The position numbers were made by a program, and so were the translations under genes. A stretch of DNA of 64,000 nt from an uncultured Syntrophorhabdus sp. (GTDB lineage Bacteria > Desulfobacterota > BSN033 > UBA1163). The stretch spans positions 21,553 through 85,552 of the forward strand of contig CAYZFX010000007.1 of NCBI GenBank assembly GCA_964477935.1, given 5' to 3'. The notes under the pieces are model-generated. The model did not search any database. It was not told where the DNA came from and saw only the letters and a list, made by a program, of their open reading frames with translations. This document shows, one piece after another, positions 59,521 to 64,000 of the stretch. Positions within the stretch are counted from its first letter, which is position 1. Every line of letters starts with the position of its first letter.

Positions 59521-62193
59521 TCAAGGATTGACCCGTTCGATTCGGACCGTGGAGTATTTTAAATCCGGGATCTTCGATTCTGGATCGAGCACGGTATTGG
59601 TCAGGCGATTGACCGGGGCCTCCGCAAAATGGAATTTGGCAAAGGCCACTCCCTTGGCCACCCTCTCCGTGATCTTCACCCTCGAGGTGAATTCCCCTCT
59701 CCGGCTCACCACTCTGACCTGATCCTCTTCCCTGATCCCGAGCCTTTCTGCATCTTGAGGATGGATCTCCACTAAACTCTCCGGGCACATCTCGTTAAGG
59801 AGTCTCACCTTCCGGGTCATACTTCCCGCGTGATAATGGTAATAATCCCTTCCCGTACTCAGAATGAATGGAAATTCCTGATCCGGGACTTCGGGGGGAG
59901 GACTATAGTCCACGGGCACGAATAATCCCTTCCCCCTTGCGATCTTGCCCCTATGGAGGATCGGCGTTCCCGGATGGCTCACATCCGGGCAGGGCCACTG
60001 AATCCCCTTGGACTCCAGGCGGGCATAGGTGATCCCTGCATACTGGGGGGTCACCTGGCGAATCTCTTCGAAGATGTCCTCAGGCCCTCGATAAGACATC
60101 GGATATCCGAACCGGGTGGAGATCTCCGAAATGATCTCCCAATCGGCCTTAGCCCCTTCCGGACCTTCGAGCGCCTTTCTCACCCGCTGAACCCTCCTCT
60201 CGGTGTTGACGAATGTCCCGTCCTTCTCGAGGAAGCTCAGGGTGGGAAAGACGACATGGGCCTGCTGGGCCGACTCCGTGAGAAAGAGGTCCTGAACCAC
60301 GAGGAGGTCCAATTTGGCATAAGCCTTCTGGAGATGGGATAGATCGGGGTCGGTCACCATGGGATTCTCCCCCATGATGTAAATCGCTTTAACCTCTCCC
60401 CTGTAGGCGGCCTCTCCAATCTCAACGACCGTAAGACCAGGTTTCTCTGAGAGGGATGTGTTCCAGAAATATTCAAACTTCTCCCTGTTCTCCCTGATCG
60501 CCACGGCCTGATACCCAGGATAGACATTCGGCAGACAACCCATGTCGCAGGCCCCCTGCACATTATTCTGCCCTCTCAAGGGGTTGACCCCGCTTCCGGG
60601 TTTTCCGAGCTGACCGCAGAGGAGGGCCAGATTGGAGATCGCCTTCACTCCGTCCGTACCCTTTGAGTGCTGGGTGATTCCCATGCAGTAGAGGATGGCC
60701 GCATTCTTTGCCGTGGCATACATCCGCGCTGCCTTGATGAGCTGGTCTTTCGGAATTCCGGTCAGCTCTTCCACATATTCAGGCGTGTATTGTGCAACCT
60801 TCTCCTTAAAGGCCTCGAACCCCTCTGTATGAGCTTCGATGAATCCCTTATTATAGAGATTCTCTTTGAGGATGATGTGTGCCAAACCGTTTAACCAGGC
60901 AATATCATCCCCGGGTTTGGGCTGGAGGAAGAGGTCGGCCTCCTCGGTGAGATCGATCCGTCTCGGATCGACAACGATGATCTTGGCCCCGTGGAATCGA
61001 GAGCGGTTCCTAAGGACCATTCCGATGACTGGATGGGTTTCGGTCGTATTGCTTCCGGTCACGAGAAAGAGATCTGCCTCTTTGAAATCGGCGATGGAGT
61101 TGGTCATCGCGCCGGAGCCTAAGGTCGTGGCCAGACCGACCACGGTGCTGGAGTGTCAGAGACGGGCACAGTGGTCCACATTGTTCGTCCCGATGGCAGC
61201 CCTGAGAAACTTCTGGAAGAGGTAGTTTTCTTCACAGGTGACCCGGGCAGAGGCGAGTCCGGCGATGCTGTTCGGGCCATAGGTCGCCTTGATCTCTCTC
61301 AGCCTCGTGGCTACGAACGTCAGGGCTTCCTCCCAGCTGGCTTCTCTCAACCGGCCATTTTCACGGATGAGTGGGGTTTTGAGCCTTTCAGGGCTGTGGA
61401 CGAATTCGAAGCCGAACCTCCCTTTGACACAGAGAACCCCGTGATTCGTGCCAAGCCCCTCACGGGTGGTTACCTTAATCACCCTGTTTTGGACCACGTT
61501 CACCTCGAGAGAACAGCCCACGCCGCAGTATCCACAGATCGTCGTCACCCTCTCCGCCTGCCATTTCCTTCCCTTGATTGGACTGACGTTCTCTGTCAGT
61601 GCGCCCACTGGGCAGGCGGCCAGACACTCCCCGCAGGAGATGCACCTTTCTGGCCGCACGGGCTCCACGCGGGCGTCGAAGCCAGTGCCGTGGAGATCGA
61701 GGACCTCCCGGCCGACGACCTCCCGGCAGGTTCGGATGCACCGGCTGCAGAGGATACAGCGGTTCGGGTGGTATCGGATGGCTGGAGTGGAATAGGTTCG
61801 GACTTCTTTCGCCGGCGCCTCCACCCGGTAGACCGTCTCGGTGATCCCATATTCGTAAACATAATCCTGGAGGTCACATTCCCCTCCCTTATCACAGACC
61901 GGACAATCAAGGGGGTGATTCACCAGCAGGAACTGAAGGACCTCTTTTCGGATCTCGCGGACCTTGTCGGTCTCTGTCTCCACGACCATCCCGTCCACAG
62001 CCACCGTGTTGCAGGCGGTCACAGGGTTTTTAAGTCCCTCGATCTCGACCACACACATCCTGCACATGCCAGTGGGTAGGAGACTCTCCATGTAGCAAAG
62101 CGTCGGGATACGGATACCATCCTTCTTGGCCATTTGAAGAATGGTCAGGCCCTCTTCTCCTTCGATGAGTCTGCCATTGATCGTGATCTTCAT
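59521..62193 (-). CDS. fdhA: Selenocysteine-containing molybdopterin formate dehydrogenase alpha subunit, NuoG-like N-terminus (FdsA/FdhA type); one gene spanning two track ORFs via an in-frame UGA at 61156-61158
   Basis: N-terminal 2Fe-2S, His-ligated HPLDCPVCDKGGEC and two ferredoxin-type 4Fe-4S motifs. Then the MopB domain, where NVDHCARL-[TGA][20 protein letters not shown] aligns with E. coli FdhF NVDCCARV-U-HGPSVAGL. Downstream MopB motifs include GVNPLRGQNNVQGACDMG. Confidence 0.8.
61120..61146 (-). promoter_or_regulatory. Candidate bacterial SECIS hairpin (7-bp stem CGUGGUC/GGCCACG, apical loop GGUCU) beginning 12 nt 3' of the UGA codon
   Basis: Seen in sequence in minus-strand sense. 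The position and G/U-containing apical loop are consistent with SelB-binding SECIS elements. Confidence 0.45.
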
Positions 62194-62477
62194 TCTGATC
62201 TCCTCCCGAGGAGGCTCCTTTGGTCAACTCCTAATGAACAACGGGCAGTTTAACAAAAATGGCTTGCCTTTTAAAGAGGGAGCCCAGGAATTTCGGAATC
62301 CATGGACCTCTGCCTGGGTAAACCTTCCCTTCTTGTGAAATATTTAATTAGCCCCTATTGAATAGAACAACCCGTCGAAATTGTCAAGTTAAAAAATGGG
62401 CCGAAAATCTTGACGTTTCCCTTCTTCTCTGATACGTTTCTCAAAAATCATGAGATGATGGAAGGGATGAAAATCCG

Positions 62478-63584
62478 TTGACGGAACAACTTTTTGAGAC
62501 GAACTGGATCAAGGGAGTGGAATTATCGAACCGGTTCGTTCGCTCCGCCACCTGGGAAGGCATGGCCACACCGGAGGGTACCGTCACCCCCAAATTGATC
62601 GAAACAATGGTTGGCCTGGCCAGAGGCGGGGTCGGGTTGATCATCACCGGCCATGCCTATGTCCAGCCGGAGGGACAGGCAAGCCCCTTCCAGCTCGCCA
62701 TCCACAACGATTACCTCCTCGAAGGACTTCAAGAATTGACCGGAGCCGTCCATCGCTGCGGTGGAAAGATCTTTCTCCAGATGGCTCATGCAGGGGCCTT
62801 TGCCATGAGGCAGCAGACGGGAAGACCTCCTCTTGCCGTCTCCTACATCGAAGGTCTCTTCCCCTTGCCGGTCGAGGAAATGACGTCAGTCACTATCCGG
62901 GAAGTCGTCCACGCCTTTGCTGAGGCTGCCTACAGGGCTAAATCCACTGGCTTCGATGGGATCCAGATCCACGCCGCCCATGGCTACCTTCTTAACCAGT
63001 TCCTCTCTCCAGCCTTTAACAGACGACAGGATGAATATGGGGGAAGCCTGCCCAATCGAGTTCGGATTCACCTCGAAATCCTCGAGGCCATCCGGAAGGT
63101 CGTGGGCGAAGACTATCCCATCTTGATCAAGTTGAATGGCAGGGATTTTATTGAAAATGGATTGACTCTCGAGGACTCCGTCCAGATCGGGAAGATCCTG
63201 GCCCAGGGAGGAATCGATGGCATCGAACTGAGCGGAGGGATGATCAGAGCCGGGAGACTCTCACCCAGCCGGCAGGGAATTGATTCGATCGAGAGAGAGG
63301 CCTATTTCCGGGAAGAGGCTGGGTTCATGAAAAAGGAGGTCGGGCTCCCCTTGATCTTGGTGGGTGGCATCCGATCCTTCGAAGTCGCTGAACGACTCCT
63401 CCTGGAAGGATATGCCGACTACATCTCCATGAGCCGGCCTTTCATCCGGGAACCGGAGCTGATCCGTCGCTGGCAGCATGGCGATCGTCGAAAATCCACC
63501 TGCCGTTCCGACAACCTCTGCTTCAAGCCAGGCAGGGAGGGCGAAGGGGTCTACTGTGTCGCGAAGTCGAAATCCGAGGCCTAA
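62478..63584 (+). CDS. NADH:flavin oxidoreductase (Old Yellow Enzyme family)
   Basis: 368 aa with OYE TIM-barrel motifs (GLIITGHAYV, QMAHAG, HAAHGYLLNQFLSP). Confidence 0.85.
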   Translation: MTEQLFETNWIKGVELSNRFVRSATWEGMATPEGTVTPKLIETMVGLARGGVGLIITGHAYVQPEGQASPFQLAIHNDYLLEGLQELTGAVHRCGGKIFLQMAHAGAFAMRQQTGRPPLAVSYIEGLFPLPVEEMTSVTIREVVHAFAEAAYRAKSTGFDGIQIHAAHGYLLNQFLSPAFNRRQDEYGGSLPNRVRIHLEILEAIRKVVGEDYPILIKLNGRDFIENGLTLEDSVQIGKILAQGGIDGIELSGGMIRAGRLSPSRQGIDSIEREAYFREEAGFMKKEVGLPLILVGGIRSFEVAERLLLEGYADYISMSRPFIREPELIRRWQHGDRRKSTCRSDNLCFKPGREGEGVYCVAKSKSEA

Positions 63585-64000
63585 CGAATCGAAGAAATAC
63601 CTCTTACAAAAACCTCTCCACCGGAAAGCTGAAGCCCGAGCTTCCCTCTTCCAAAATCCTCCCTTGGTAGGATGGAGACATGGGTTAGGTTGAAGCGGTC
63701 TTTTAATCTCCGAAAATTTTCGCCTCGCTGGCCCTTGAGGTTGGACTCATCCTTCGGATGGCAGAGGAAGACGGCAGTGGTTCCTTTGATATACCTCTTT
63801 AATAGATCCTCCGCCAAATCATAAAAGATGGCGGACTCGACGAGCTGGCGGAGGGCAGGGTGATAGGGGCCAGCCAGAAGATGCTCCTCCAGTTCTCTCG
63901 TCGATTGGAGGCCTATCCGTACGAGAGGGATTCCGGCCTTTTTAAGCCTTAAGAGTCCCTTCTTCAACCAATGAATCGCCTCCTCCAGCGAGAGGGGAAT
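63581..64000 (-). CDS. Partial CDS (C-terminal about 139 aa; 5' end beyond the window), unknown function
   Basis: Open frame running to the window edge. Its stop overlaps the OYE stop. No confident family assignment. Confidence 0.3.
   Translation of the reverse strand: MPLSLEEAIHWLKKGLLRLKKAGIPLVRIGLQSTRELEEHLLAGPYHPALRQLVESAIFYDLAEDLLKRYIKGTTAVFLCHPKDESNLKGQRGENFRRLKDRFNLTHVSILPREDFGRGKLGLQLSGGEVFVRGISSIR

Noticed and set aside
59521-62193. Treating 61156..62193 (NuoG-like FeS protein) and 59521..61143 (molybdopterin domain) as two separate genes
   Set aside because: The two are in the same frame, separated only by a TGA and a 4-codon gap. The junction aligns with the Sec site of FdhF, and the second ORF's GTG start has no RBS. 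A single selenoprotein is the better reading.
1-64000. tRNA, rRNA, CRISPR, transposase/integrase or other mobile elements
   Set aside because: By eye I found no T-arm-like GGTTCGAATCC or similar motifs, no repeat-spacer arrays, no IS-like inverted terminal repeats and no recombinase-like ORFs.
63581-64000. Assigning the partial minus-strand CDS to a radical-SAM family (for example TIGR01212/YhcC-like C-terminus)
   Set aside because: Only a C-terminal fragment without diagnostic motifs is in the window; the resemblance is too vague to support a call.

Overview
This is a 64 kb bacterial chromosomal window of roughly 55-60% GC, gene-dense on both strands. There are no rRNA or tRNA genes, CRISPR arrays or obvious mobile elements. 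Much of it is ordinary housekeeping: carB, a nifU-nifS Fe-S operon, a ftsE-ftsX-envC-ctpA block, ppa, fkpA, an S1-domain protein, htrA and copA. There is a Bacillus-style fatty-acid beta-oxidation operon (TetR-family regulator, MBL hydrolase, fadN, fadA, fadE), a hyi-garR-aldH module, and a cold-shock gene. A TPP riboswitch controls thiM, thiW and a dedicated ECF transporter (ecfAA'-ecfT). The most interesting part is the minus-strand block 47195..62193. It is an 11-subunit complex I operon (nuoA-B-C-D, then H-I-J-K-L-M-N) with no nuoE, nuoF or nuoG. A selenocysteine-containing, NuoG-like molybdopterin formate dehydrogenase alpha subunit sits directly upstream of nuoA. The ORF track splits this gene at an in-frame TGA, and a SECIS-like hairpin follows the TGA. 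A fusion protein (NuoF C-terminal SLBB/4Fe-4S module joined to a GltD-like FAD/NAD(P)H module) sits exactly where nuoEFG would be. This points to a candidate formate/NAD(P)H-linked complex I, or a formate dehydrogenase module interleaved with complex I. A second candidate system is a plus-strand operon at 26096..32724. It encodes a two-subunit PEP-synthase-like phosphotransferase (phenylphosphate-synthase PpsA/PpsB-like), a ThiL/PurM-like kinase, an MFS transporter and an M24 peptidase, all driven by a strong sigma70 promoter with a long leader. Smaller oddities: a LysW-like zinc-ribbon mini-protein not in the ORF track, a leaderless zinc-ribbon mini-ORF, an overlapping THEP1-NTPase plus archaemetzincin pair next to a low-GC DUF362/Tat gene, and a repeated TTCGAATTTCGAAAT motif inside the nuo operon.
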